Positions 1 through 11,200 of a stretch of 30,461 bases of DNA are shown in pieces. The stretch is from Fonticula alba ATCC 38817. Lineage: Eukaryota > Protista > Nucleariida. The number at the start of each line of letters is the position of its first letter. Position 1 is the first letter of the stretch. The stretch lies in the NCBI GenBank assembly GCA_000388065.2, contig KB932207.1; one strand, written 5' to 3'. Made by a program: the position numbers and the translations under genes. Under the pieces are notes generated by a model. The model had not been told where the DNA came from. It saw only the letters and a program-made list of their open reading frames with translations, and searched no databases.

Positions 1-38
<38 letters not shown>

Positions 39-347
39 CACCCCTTCTTCCTCCTCCTACCCACTGCCTGACGCTGTGTCGCACGTGCAAATGGGCCCAC
101 AAGCTGGCGGCCCGCATCCATCATCCTCACCCCGCGGGCCTCGCCTTCTTTTCTCCAATACAATCCCCCTCCCTCGCGGGGCCGGAAAGGCAGCATGCAT
201 AAAATGGGTGGGAGAGGGAGGGAGAGAGAGAGAGAGAGAGAGAGGGCAGGGCAGGGCAGGGCACCATTCAGCATGCAAATGGAGGGATTATTTTCCGGAC
301 ACGTGGCTGGGGCAGGTCCAGAGGAGAAGGGGGGTCGAAGATGGCCC

Positions 348-2295
348 TCAAACGGGGACATACCCCGGTGGCGGCCGGTCGGCCACACACCGGAAGCCCA
401 GGTTTCCCGTGGCTGTTGCCAGCTGCTCGGTATCCTCGACAGCCATCGGCCCAGGCAGCTGGCCAAAGGCAAAGGACCGGGCGCCGATGCGCGCCCGATG
501 GCAGAACGACTGGGCAAAGTGGGGCGACAGGGACAAGATGCGGCATTAGTCAACGACCGTGGGTCATGGGGGGGGAGGGGGGGGGCAGGGCAGAAGGGGA
601 GGCCATGGGCCGCCACAATGGGCCCCCAACGGGCTCCGGCCCGGGAGTAACACAAACAAGCGAGCGGAAGTGCAAGTGACCGAGCACACGAGCACACGAG
701 CACACGAGCACCGGCGTACCGGATGGCACATGTACGACCCGCCCTTGAGGACAAATTCCTCGAGAACGGCACCCCCTGCTGGCTGGCCCTGTCGCGACGT
801 GGCTGTCCACTCCCAGACATTGCCAATTAGATTGAAGAGACCCGCAACCGGGGCAGACGCCGGGCCGCCGGCCGGCCGGAGAGTGTGCTCCGGGAAGGGG
901 GCGGGCACTTGGGCCGGGAAGGCGCCCGTCGGAGCCGTCCCGGGCCAGCCATCCCCGCCAGACACCAAGCCCGCCTCCGAGAGATCGACATTGTTCCCCG
1001 GGAAGTCCCCGCGCCAGACATTGGCCCGTGGCGTGCCCTTGGTGAACGGGTAAATGTCAGTGGGGGAGCTGGGCAGGCCACTCGGCGCCATGGGACATGG
1101 TGGGGAAGCGGATGCGCCACAGGGGGCAGGGGCATTTTTGGCGCACCGTGGGCCAGTCAAAGGCCGCGGCCCAGGGGAATTGCCAGGGCGGCGCGTCGCC
1201 CGGGGAGGCCGGCCCCGGGGGAGCAAGACGCCGCCGGCGCTCTGGGGCATGGCGTGCCGCCCGCGCGGCCCATTCCCACTCGATTTCGGTCGGCAGGCGC
1301 ATGCCGTAGAAGTGACAAAAGGCCGCCGCATCCTCCAGCGACACATGCGTCACAGGGTGGTCCACTCGACGGCCCAGCGGCCCGTCGAGCTGGGAGGAGG
1401 AACCAGGCCGGAGCAGGGCGAGGCAAGCCAGAAGGGTCAGCGAAGGATGCCATCTGGCATGGACCGGCGGGGGAGCCGGCCGTCGGCTGTACGTACCAGC
1501 GATGAGTCCTCCCCTTCCGGCGAGTGCCAGAAGGCTCGGTCGACAAGACGCCACCATGGGACACTGGATTGCAGCAAGGCCGCATCGTGGGCCCAGTGCG
1601 CCGGCGAGTGCCCGGGCTGTCAGGACGAAGTCAGCGATCGCCACCAGGCGAGCAGGGGGGGGGGGGGGAACCCCGGCGGCCAGGAGGCCTCATGAAGGCG
1701 GGGTGGGGGGAGATATGCGCACCTGGCTGAGAAGGCCCTCCCACACGAAGCCCCCGCGATCTGGGTGGGGATCCCGCTCGCGCGTGCTCACATAACCACT
1801 GGCGAGCGAGAAGTGGGCAAACGCAGCGGCGGTCACCTCGCCGGCCTGCACGTAGAGCGGCCGCGGGTTGGTGGCCATGGAATCGCCGGCCGGCAACCGC
1901 CCGGGCCAGGGCCCGACAGTGTCCACATCCGGCGGAATCACCACGCATCGGGGCGGAAACTCGCCATCCACATGCATGTATGGCGCCTCGGCGGTGCCGA
2001 TGCGCACGGCCCCTGGCCCGCAGCCGGCCCCGGCCGTGCCCCCTGGCCGGGGGAAGAGCACCAGTTGCTGCGAGGGATCCGCCGGGCGAGGCAGATCCCG
2101 GGCCATGCGCTCCATGAGGGCCGCCCGGTCGAGGTCCAGGTTTCGAGCTGCGCACACGGCCGGCCGTCCCAGGCCCGGGGTCGGGCGAGACGCGGCCAGG
2201 GCGGCCGACGAGCAGCCGCACCCCATGCTCACCGGGGCACCGAGGGCCCGATGGAGGAGGGCGACGACGATCAGAAGCAAGAGGCTGAGCCGCAT
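348..2295 (-). CDS. SUMF1: Formylglycine-generating enzyme (sulfatase-modifying factor 1), 5 exons, ~471 aa
   Basis: Model: complement(join(348..509,720..1037,1147..1389,1497..1616,1723..2295)), all introns phase 0 and GT-AG. The protein has a signal peptide (MRLSLLLLIVVALL), an N-terminal CGC, and the FGE motifs DGEFPPR, FVWEGLLS, PWW..V....W..PEG, DHPVTHVS...AAFC...RLPTEIEWEWAAR, ANVWRGDFP and GLFNLIGNVWEWT. Across the last junction it reads KGGSYMCHP|SFCHRARIGARS...GNLGFRC. Confidence 0.95.
682..711 (+). repeat. 8-bp tandem repeat (GAGCACAC)~3.7 in SUMF1 intron 4
   Basis: Seen directly in the sequence. Confidence 0.8.
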
Positions 2296-2887
2296 GTTTC
2301 CGAGAAGAAGGGGGGGGGGGGGGCGAGCGGGAAGCGATCTGCCGGGGGGTGCCTGCCGGCCCTTCGGGCGGGCCACCCGCGGAAAAGGGCCACTGACAGC
2401 GGCGGCGAAGGGGCAGGCGGCAGACCGATCGCCAGCTCGGGGCATACGAAGTGCCAATGCACATGCCGAGGACTGATCGCCCGACCCCCGGCTCTCGCAA
2501 AGACTGCGCGCGGGGGCGCGCACACGCCTATCGGCATGCCCAGGGAGAAAGCAGCGCGGGGGCACAGGGCCGCCGGCCGCACGGCCGGGGAAGGAGGGGG
2601 GGCTAGACATAGCCAAACACCCGTGCCCGAGGATGAGCACCGAAAGGCCGCCCACTTGGCAGCCGGCCGCCCGCGCTGCTCTGAGCACACCCCCCCCCGC
2701 CCCGCCCCGCCCCGCCCAGCCACCACCTGCCTACCCCTCCCTCCCTCCCTCTCCTCCTCTTTTTCCTCTTGCCCCCTCTTCCTTCTCCCTGCTCCTTCCT
2801 CCCCCCCCCCTGCTACTCTCCCTCCACTTGCCCTGTTGAGACCGCCCGCCCCGCGGCCAAAGAGAAGAGACACGCCCAAGCTACACC
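2296..2887. promoter_or_regulatory. Divergent (head-to-head) intergenic region between SUMF1 and LSM8; probable bidirectional promoter/5' UTRs
   Basis: About 590 bp between two oppositely oriented ATGs. Inferred from gene geometry only; no core promoter motif was identified. Confidence 0.45.
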
Positions 2888-3239
2888 ATGAGCAACGAGC
2901 TCCAGCGACTTGTTGGTCGTGCGTCCCCCTCTGCCTTTCTTTTGCATCTGCCTTGCACTCGCTTGCCCCATACCTCCCTCCTTCCGGCTATCCTGCTCTG
3001 ACAAGTGTTGCCGCGACTCCCGTCCTCCTGCCTGCCCACCCGGCCAAAGGGAATATTTTCGTGATGACCTGCGAGGGAAGGGTCCTGATCGTGCGCAAAC
3101 AAGAACAACGTCCTTCGTCGTTCCTTCCCCTTCCGCCTCTCCACATCGACCACCCCTGCCATACAAACTATTCTCCTACTCACCACCCTTCAATTCCCCC
3201 ATCTCCCCTCTCTCCACACGCACACGCACACACACACGC

Positions 3240-3289
<50 letters not shown>

Positions 3290-3781
3290 GCTGATACTTG
3301 TGCACGCCTGTACACCGACGCCTCCAGGGAAAACTCCGCGGTGTAGACACGGTCATGAATCTCACCATGTCGGACCTGCGGGAACGTCTCTTCCGTGGCT
3401 CAGGCTTGCCGCCGGCCGAAGGGGCTGGTGAGACCTTCATGGCCGAGCCGGCCGCCGAGGGCGAGGGTGTTGAGGAGATTTCCCTCGGGACGATGGTCGT
3501 CCGCGGAGACAATGTGTGCGTGTCGCACCAGCACCCTGTTGCGCCCTTGCGCCCTCACCTAGCCACTTGCCCGCCTTTGCCGCCGCCTTTGCCGCCGCCG
3601 CCCTTTGTCCCTGGTCCTGACCCTTGCCCATGGATGCACACATTGGCCCTGACCACGACCTCCCTCGGACGGGCATGCCTTTCGACCCAGCGCGGTTGTC
3701 GGTGAAATCGATGAAGATATCGAGAGCCAGATCGACTGGTCGTCAGTGGCCGCACTACCACTTCCGCCCATCAAGCACTAG
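2888..3781 (+). CDS. LSM8: U6 snRNA-associated Sm-like protein LSm8, 4 exons, 116 aa
   Basis: Model: join(2888..2918,3050..3090,3328..3515,3691..3781). Translation: MSNELQRLVGRNIFVMTCEGRVLIGKLRGVDTVMNL...ERLF...GVEEISLGTMVVRGDNVAVVGEIDEDIESQIDWSSVAALPLPPIKH. It contains Sm1/Sm2 motifs and the LSm8-type C-terminal tail (GEIDE...D...P). Confidence 0.93.
3213..3287 (+). repeat. (CA)n microsatellite with CG interruptions in LSM8 intron 2
   Basis: Seen directly in the sequence. Confidence 0.9.
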
Positions 3782-4717
3782 AGCCGCCACACAATTCTCC
3801 CCCCGCCCACACTCCAGCGCGCGGCCGCGCTCGCCCTTGCCTTTCCTGCCTTTGTGCCGCCCGTCCATGTACACATGTTTCCCTCCGCCCCGGCCCCCCC
3901 TCCCGCCCCCTCCCTTCCATCTGCCAGGAAGGGGGGGGGGGGCGAGGGGGCTAAATGTATCTTCTTTTTTTTGTCCCCCGCCCGGCCACCTTGCAGTCTG
4001 ATGCGCGACACGCAACGGCCTTCCGGCGAGAACAAGCCAGGGCAAGGAAGGCGAGGGGGCAGGCGGGCAGGGCCGCCATGCAGCCCGCGGGGAGGGGGGG
4101 GGGGCGGTGCTCGAGCACCGACTGCCCCTACGGCCGACGGTGCGGGCGATCTCCGGACGGGCACCAGTCTGCCAGGCAACAACACGAAAAAGGCGGAGAG
4201 ACACCCCGCGCGCCTTCTCGTCCCCCCCGCCCTTCCCCCCCTTCCCCCTTTTCCCGAGACTAGAGCCAACGGGTCCCCAAGACGCGCGACCACTGCCGGG
4301 GCATTCCGTTGGCAGCATGAATCCCGGCACAATGCCCGCGACCCGGGCCCATGAGGGCGATCCCCGGCGCGACTGAACGCCCGCCGAGGCAAACAAGCGC
4401 CGGGCCGGGTGAGCGCCAGCACAGCGGCCCTCATCTCGGACCGGCATGCTGCCTCATGCGCCGGGGTATGCCGTAATCCCCCGCCCCTCCCGCGCTCGCA
4501 TCCACCGCACTCGCACCCACGCGCCCACACGCATAGACAGCTCTACTTTCTTCTTTTTTCTTTCCTGCACACACTCGCACGCATCGACGCACCCCCAGCC
4601 ACACACCCCCGGGCGTCGGTCGCTCCACACACGGCGCTTTTTTTTCTTGCCCTCCCTCTCCCCTGCCCCCGGTCTCGGCGGCGGCCCTGTCTCCAGCCCC
4701 ATCGGCTTGCCACAACC

Positions 4718-5655
4718 ATGGGACCCCTTGATCGAGCCCGGGATGCTTCGGCACCAAACCCGGGGACCCGGTCCTCCCTCTCCCCAACCGGCGATCTTTC
4801 GGACGGGCCCCCTCACAAGCCGATTGACGATGAGGAGGACGACGAGGATGATGAAGACGACGGGGCCGAGGAGGAGGAGGAGGAGGATGAAGAGGAAGAT
4901 GACAACGACGACGACGACGACGACGACGACGGCGAGGACGGTGAGGATGGTGCCGGCGACAAGTGCGCTCCATGGATCTTGCCTGTGCCCACAGCTCCGC
5001 CCCCCCCCCCCCCCCGAATGCGGCCACTGACCGACTCGCCCTCCTCGCTAGATCCGCCAAGAAAGCACGCATCGAGTCCATGAAGATGGAGGCCATTGCC
5101 TATGCTGCGGCCGCCGGATACCGGTACGCCCTTGTGCCCCATTCGACATCCCCGCTGTGGATGTGGCTTCCGGGAGCCTCGGTCGCTAACCGATGTGCCC
5201 TTTTGCAGGATCCCCAAACTCGACACCCCGGAGGCCATCGAGGCATGGAAGGCCGAGCGCCGGGCCCGGTGGCCCACGGCCGCGCGTGTCGAAGCCAAAA
5301 AGGCTGCCCTTGAGCAGGCGCCCGTGGCCACGACCTCTGGGCCCTCCGGCGCGGCCGAGCACCCGGCCAGCGCCGGACCCAAGCAGCCGACCGTCCGGGT
5401 GTGTCACTTCTTCCGCAAGGGATCATGCAAGCGCGGGAACATGTGCAAGTTTTCGCACGACCTCTCGGCCGATGCCAAGCCTCGGGCCGGGGCGCCGGAA
5501 AACGCCAAGGTGCGTGTCCTGCCATATATGACCGGGCCACGCCGGGGGGCCATGGGGGCGGCCACCGGGCAAGGGAGCCGCTGCTCGAGCTTTTTTCCCT
5601 TCACCTGGGCCTGCAGCGATTCTGACCTCGTGCATCCGGCCATGTGCTTGCGATC

Positions 5656-5694
<39 letters not shown>

Positions 5695-6124
5695 TAGTCC
5701 GCTGCCAAGGCACGCAGCGCCCGGGAGCGGAGCCAACCCGGTGGTCTCATTCATCAGGTACGCATGCTGGGGTGGGCCCACGCACACACACACACACACA
5801 CACGCACATGCAGGCAGACTGTCTGTCTTATTTTCCCGGGGAATAATCGCCAGCGTAAGGCGAGCGATCTCCCGCCCCTGTTTCCGGCGGACATCGCCGA
5901 TCGAGGCATGGGCGACAGGAGACAACGGGGGCGGAGGGGCAGGGGGGGGGGGGGGGGAACCACACACACACGACACACAGTCACGCACGCATGCTCAACC
6001 ACCCCCGCACTGCCCGCTGACCTGGCCAAATTCGATCGCTCGGAAGCTGATGGCGGTGGACATGGAGCGGACGCGCTTTGTGGCGGCGCAGCTCCTCAAC
6101 CGGATGATCGGCGATATCATGTGA
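4718..6124 (+). CDS. NUFIP1: NUFIP1/Rsa1-like box C/D snoRNP assembly factor with C3H1 zinc finger, ~251 aa (start codon tentative)
   Basis: Model: join(4718..4962,5052..5123,5209..5509,5698..5757,6047..6124). An acidic tract precedes the PEP motif GYRIPKLDTPEAIEAWKAERRARWPT. This is followed by a CCCH finger (C-x7-C-x5-C-x3-H, CHFFRKGSCKRGNMCKFSH) and a C-terminal helix GLIHQLMAVDMERTRFVAAQLL resembling NUFIP1 'LLEKLLAPDIRHERNVILQ'. A possible upstream intron (4466-4696) means the 5' end may extend further. Confidence 0.8.
5657..5692 (+). repeat. (CA)n microsatellite in NUFIP1 intron 3
   Basis: Seen directly; it ends just before the TAG acceptor at 5695-5697. Confidence 0.9.
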
Positions 6125-6356
6125 ATGTAACTTCCTTTTGTTTTCGACATTTCCACAATGGTGTTTGGCCCGCCTGGGGGGGGGGTGGCTGCCTAGGGTT
6201 GGTTGGGGCACGAGCCCGACAAAGGGGCATATTTATATTCAAATATTAGATGTGCTTGGGCCTTGGAGTGCTGCGGATGTATCGGCCGGGCCCATCCGGG
6301 GGCCAGCCACGCGCATTGCGCCGGCCAGGGCGCGGAGGTTCTTCTTCGGAACAGTA

Positions 6357-7070
6357 TTATATCCTGTGTTCTGGAGACACAGCCAGTTCAATCTGATGTG
6401 TGGGGCGGGCACGCGCGGCCAAGTCTGTGTGTGTGCACCCTGGCCGGGGCCATGCCCCCGCAATCTACAAAGTCAGATGGAGCGGTTTGACTCACGACTC
6501 CATCCCTTGGGGGCGTTCTGTCGGCGTAGATGCCGTGGCCGAACGGTATTCTCCTGATGATGGAGCCCGTACACTGGCGGGGGAGGGAGCGGGCGTGCGC
6601 GTGCGCCGGGTGCTGGTGGTTGGGGGGGGGCGGAGCCGGCGGGTGAGGCCGGGAAAAGAGCGCAGGCCGTCTTTCCAAGGGTCTGTGAGACTCTTTGTCT
6701 TGCCCGGGCGCCGGCGTGTGCACACGCGCATTCGCGTCATCCTAGCCCACTCCTCTCGTCTCCTTGCGCCTTGGTTCTCGGTGCTGTGTGTTGCCCGGGT
6801 GGCCTCCGGTCCATCGGTGGATGGATGAGTGAGCGAGCGGGGGGGGGGGGGGGGCACGGGCGCCGAGTGACCGCGGGCCTCCGCTTTCCGTGTCCGGACT
6901 CGCGGGGTTGTGCTCCGGGGGTCCGTGGCTATGCGATGATGATGCCTCCCCCCCCCTGCCTGCTTGGCCTTCGCTCCGTTGCTCCATCGGCCCTCCTGCG
7001 GTACGGAGGGAGGCAGAGGGCGAGTTGCCCCCGTGGTTGCCGGGCAGGGGGGAGAGGGGGACCCGACCAG
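6357..7070 (-). CDS. Possible small multi-exon hypothetical gene; structure unresolved
   Basis: G-runs and GT tracts on + (C/CA on -) match the polarity of minus-strand introns elsewhere in the window. Candidate exons are 6496..6573 (CTGSIIRRIPFGHGIYADRTPPRDGV; CAG acceptor, GTGAGT donor) and 6357..6392 (IELAVSPEHRI*). Upstream exons and reading frame are ambiguous, and no homology was recognised. Confidence 0.3.
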
Positions 7071-8268
7071 TTGGGCCATTGTGCTCAGTCCTTGGAGCCT
7101 GCTATTTGTGGCTGATGCCACTCTGCCCGAGGGGGCCTGCCTCCTCGGCTGGTTCATCGTTGTCTCCTCCTCCCCCCCCTTCTCTGGTAACCCCTCTGGC
7201 ACCTCTGTGAGTCTCCCCCCCCCCCCTCAGTTCCCCCATCGACATCCTCGCCCCCCTCGCCCCCTGCTCTCTATGCTTCGCCCCTCCTCCCCCCCCCCCT
7301 CCCCCCACTGCAGCCACACATACACACATGCGACAGCAGCCTGCGCGTGTGCATGCCCCCCACTGCACCAGGGCGTGCTCGCCGCGTGGCTGGCGGGCAC
7401 ACGCGCACGTGCGACTGCTCCGCCGGATCGCGCGCGGGCACTGGCCGCTAGTATGCGTGCGCACGCGCGCGCGCTCGCGTGTGTGTGTGTGTGTGTCTGT
7501 ATGCGTGCACGCAGTGCCCGGCCCTGCTGCATGTCGACCCCCTACCTCCTCTCCCTTTCGGTCGCCCCCGCTCCTTCTCATCGCGTCACCTCTCCCGCCA
7601 TGATGATGCCCCCCCCCTCCTGCCCCCGCCCACCCGCCCTCCCGCCTTCCCGCCTTCCCAACTGTCATCCCTCCTTTCTAACCAAGTCCCCTTTTGGTCT
7701 CTTCCCCCCCCTCCCGCGCCTTCCTGCCCCCTTCGCTTCCCCGCGCACGCGTCCTCCTCCCCCCACCTCTGCCTTTGCCTCCGCGGCACGCGCTGCGCCC
7801 AGCCCTGCCCCCCCGGGTTCACCTCTGCCACCTTTCACCTCGGAGGGCACTCACCGCCACTCGCGTGTCCCTCGTCGCCTGCCTGCCTGACCCCTCGCAG
7901 GACAGTCGTCCCCCTCCTTGCCACTTCTTGACAACGACCCCCTTCCCCCTGCATTTGCCGCCGCGCCCAAACGCCACCCGTTGTCCCTGATCCCGGGTCT
8001 CCCTTTTTGGCTTGTTCGTCCACGTCAACCACACCTCCCTTCTTCGCCCTTTCCTTTCTTTGTCCCCCCCTCTCTCTCGCGCGCTCGCTCGCTCGCTCGC
8101 TCGAGGAGTCTCCCTTCTCCCCCTCTTCCTCTCCCTCCCCCCTCCCCGCTGCCCGAACGTCCATCTCACCGCCCGGATCTTCCGGTGTCTCGCCCCACGC
8201 CACTCCCCTCGGCCCGCCCCCGCCCCCCACCCCCACCCCCACCCCCACCCCCTGCAGCAGCCGCTGCC

Positions 8269-11200
8269 ATGCTTCATCTAGCCTCCAGGCGCTTCGCCTC
8301 CGGGCCGCCGCCCGGCGGCCTGAGCGCGGCCCACATCGCGGCGCGCCTCTTCTCCACGCAGATGTCGCCGGATGCGCGCGCCTATCAGCGTCTGGATCAC
8401 AAGACCGGCGATGCGGCACACGATGCCGAGGCCCTGCAAGCCCTGATCGATGACAAGTTCAACGAGAAGTACTTCGACCTGAATGACCCGGAGGCCCGGG
8501 ACTCCATTCGCTTCCTGGCCGACGGTGCCAAGTCCCCGATGAGCCACTTCTGGAACCAGGACCTGAGCCGCGACGCCAGCCGGCGGAACATGTACCGGTA
8601 TCTTGCCGGCAAGTTCAGTGGCCAGATGTACGATGGAACCATCTCCCGGGATGACATGGTGGATGACATGGATCTGCGCTTCTCCATGCAGCATTCCGAG
8701 TCCAGCTTCGCCGACCTGGACACCCTGGACGCCGTGGATGAGAATGGCTTCGATCTGGGCCCGGTCGGTGTGCGGGACCACATGTTCCAGCGGTCGTCGG
8801 CCATCCGTGGCGCGGCCGGTCGCCTGCAAATCCGTGACAATGAGTATGATGTCAAGGTCATCGACCGCCTGGCGACCGAGCTCTTCCAGGCGCAGCTGGA
8901 CAAGCGCAAGGCCACCCTCCAGGATCTGGAGCTGCTGGCCCGGGTGAACCACCGCCTGGCCCAGCTGAACGGCCCGCGGCTCACTCTCACCGACCTGGCG
9001 CAGCTGCGCGCCGGGCGGGAGCTCCGCGACCCGGTCAGTGGCTGGCGCTCGTTGGCCCCGGTCGGCGACGCGTATGCCGCCCAGCGCCTGCCCCTCATGT
9101 CTCGCGAGGAGTTCGCCGCCGAGCTGCCCACCATCCTGACCGAGGCCGTGGATGCCTCCAACAAGGAGACCTTCGAGGCCATCATGTCCAATCGCGAGAA
9201 GTATGAGGACCGCTTCTATGCCCTGTATCGGTCCTTCCATGAGGATCTGCCCCAGGGTACGGGCATTTCGCTGGCCGGCCGGGCCATCGAGATCCCGGAC
9301 TTCGACTCGCCCGTGCACGCGCGCGACTGGGTGGCCAAGAACCTGGAGTACCTGCTCTTCACTCGGCCCATCATCGAGAACATGGCCTTCGATGCGCATA
9401 CCTTCCTCCCCCGGAGCCAGGAGCCGATCCTCGGCTCGCGCGAGAACAACTACACCACCTTCTCCCCGCGCATGCACACCCAGGACCCGCAGTACTTCCT
9501 CAACAACTCGGATCTCTACTTCGGCGCCATCACCGAGAATGAGATGGCCGCGCCGCATGACCTGACCTACTTCGTTCACCGTGACACTCACGAGCTGCCG
9601 GTGCGTGCGGTGCTGCCGACTTGTGCTCCCCTTTGCCGGGCTCCCGGGTGCCCGCTGCTCGGCTCCCGCAGTTACTAATCCGCCTCTCGCTCTTTCGTGG
9701 CCACCTTGTGTGTTTGGCGAATGTCGTTGCTGGCCCCCGCCCCCGCCCCTTTCCCAGCGTGCCCCGCTTGACATCGACGAGGGCCTGCTGAACGAGCATG
9801 AGGACGAGGACCACGAGCTGGATATGCGCAACACCATGCGCGACCGCCTCGGCCGGCCGGACACCATCACCGGCTATGTGCAGAAGCAGATGTACCACCT
9901 CAATCGCCTGTACCCGGACATCTACACCCCGAACAACCTGGCCCTGCTCTTCAACCTCCGTGTGCGCGAGGCCCGCAATGTCCTGGTCATCCAGCAGCGC
10001 GGTGCCGAGCTGAACAAGGCTGTGCGTACCGCCACACCGCCGCGGGGGCGGCCGAGCGCCCGCAATGTTCTTTCTTTGCTTTTTGTTCTTTTCTTCCCTG
10101 TCGTCGCCACCGCCACCGCCACCGCCACACCATCACCACCGGCGCCTCTCCTTCCAACGGGCCGGTGCCGCCATTCCCCCTGACTCACCCCCTCCACACT
10201 GCTTTTCCCGGTCTCCCTCCACCACCGGCCCTCGGAATCACCGCGCAGGGCTACCCCAACCACTTCCAGATTGAGTCTCTCATCGAGGGCGAGCAGAACC
10301 GCGCCTACGGCCGTCACCATGACCACGAGATGACCGGTCTGGTGGACAACCTGTCGTCGCCGATCGGCATGGAGCCCGGTGCGGTCAACTACCAGTACAT
10401 CCCCAACATGCCGGAGGCGCCGGACGCCGTGCTGGACCCCTCCTCGCGGCGGTTCTTCACCACCATGGAGAGCCAGGCCAGCCACACGGCCGGTCTGAAC
10501 CGCCGCCGGGCCATGATCGAGCCCTTCACTCGCGGCATGTCCGACACCCAGATCCAGGCCTACGTGGAGGACCCCTTCAACAAGGTCCTCGATGAGCGGT
10601 CCCTGGCCCTCGAGGATCCGGGCGTGGTGGTCAACAATGCCGTCATGGGCAGCGTCTTCCCGCTGAACTACGGCAACAAGCTGGACGCCGTGGAGGAGGC
10701 CCTCTTCACCGATCCCGACAGCCCGACCAAGGGGCTGAACTACCAGGATCTGGATGAGCATGAGCGCCTGCTGGCCAAGCTGGTCATGCTGCGCGTGTAC
10801 CACGTGCGCCACATGCGCGAGGTGGCTCCCTTCATGAAGGAGTATGAGACCCAGCTGGAGGCGCAGTTTGGCGCCTACTGGACCCAGGCCGTGGAGATGG
10901 GCACCGAGGTGGGGGACATCGTGCCGAGCATCATCGCCTCGCGCGTGGCCAGCGGCACCAAGCTCAAGGACCGGTCGGCTCTGGTGGACCGGTTCCTGAA
11001 CCCCTCGGACAGTGACCTGCGCGCGCAGTATGACCAGTTCATGGACAACCGCGCCGGGGCCGGGATCCCGGCCGGCGCTGCTGGGCTGTATGCGCCGAGC
11101 TTCGACGAGTATGCGGCCCGGGTGCGCCGTGTTCGTGCGGCCTATGCCCACACCCTGCCGCATGATGGGGATCTCGATGGGCTGGCCGCGTCGACCACCA

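Noticed and set aside
3180-5988. ORFs containing (HT)n or (CV)n runs that suggest metal-binding proteins
   Set aside because: They are translations of intronic (CA)n/(TG)n microsatellites.
6400-6828. + strand peptide IYKVRWSGLTHDSIPW looks like a chromodomain start
   Set aside because: The similarity is too short, the aromatic-cage pattern is not completed, and repeat polarity indicates minus-strand transcription.
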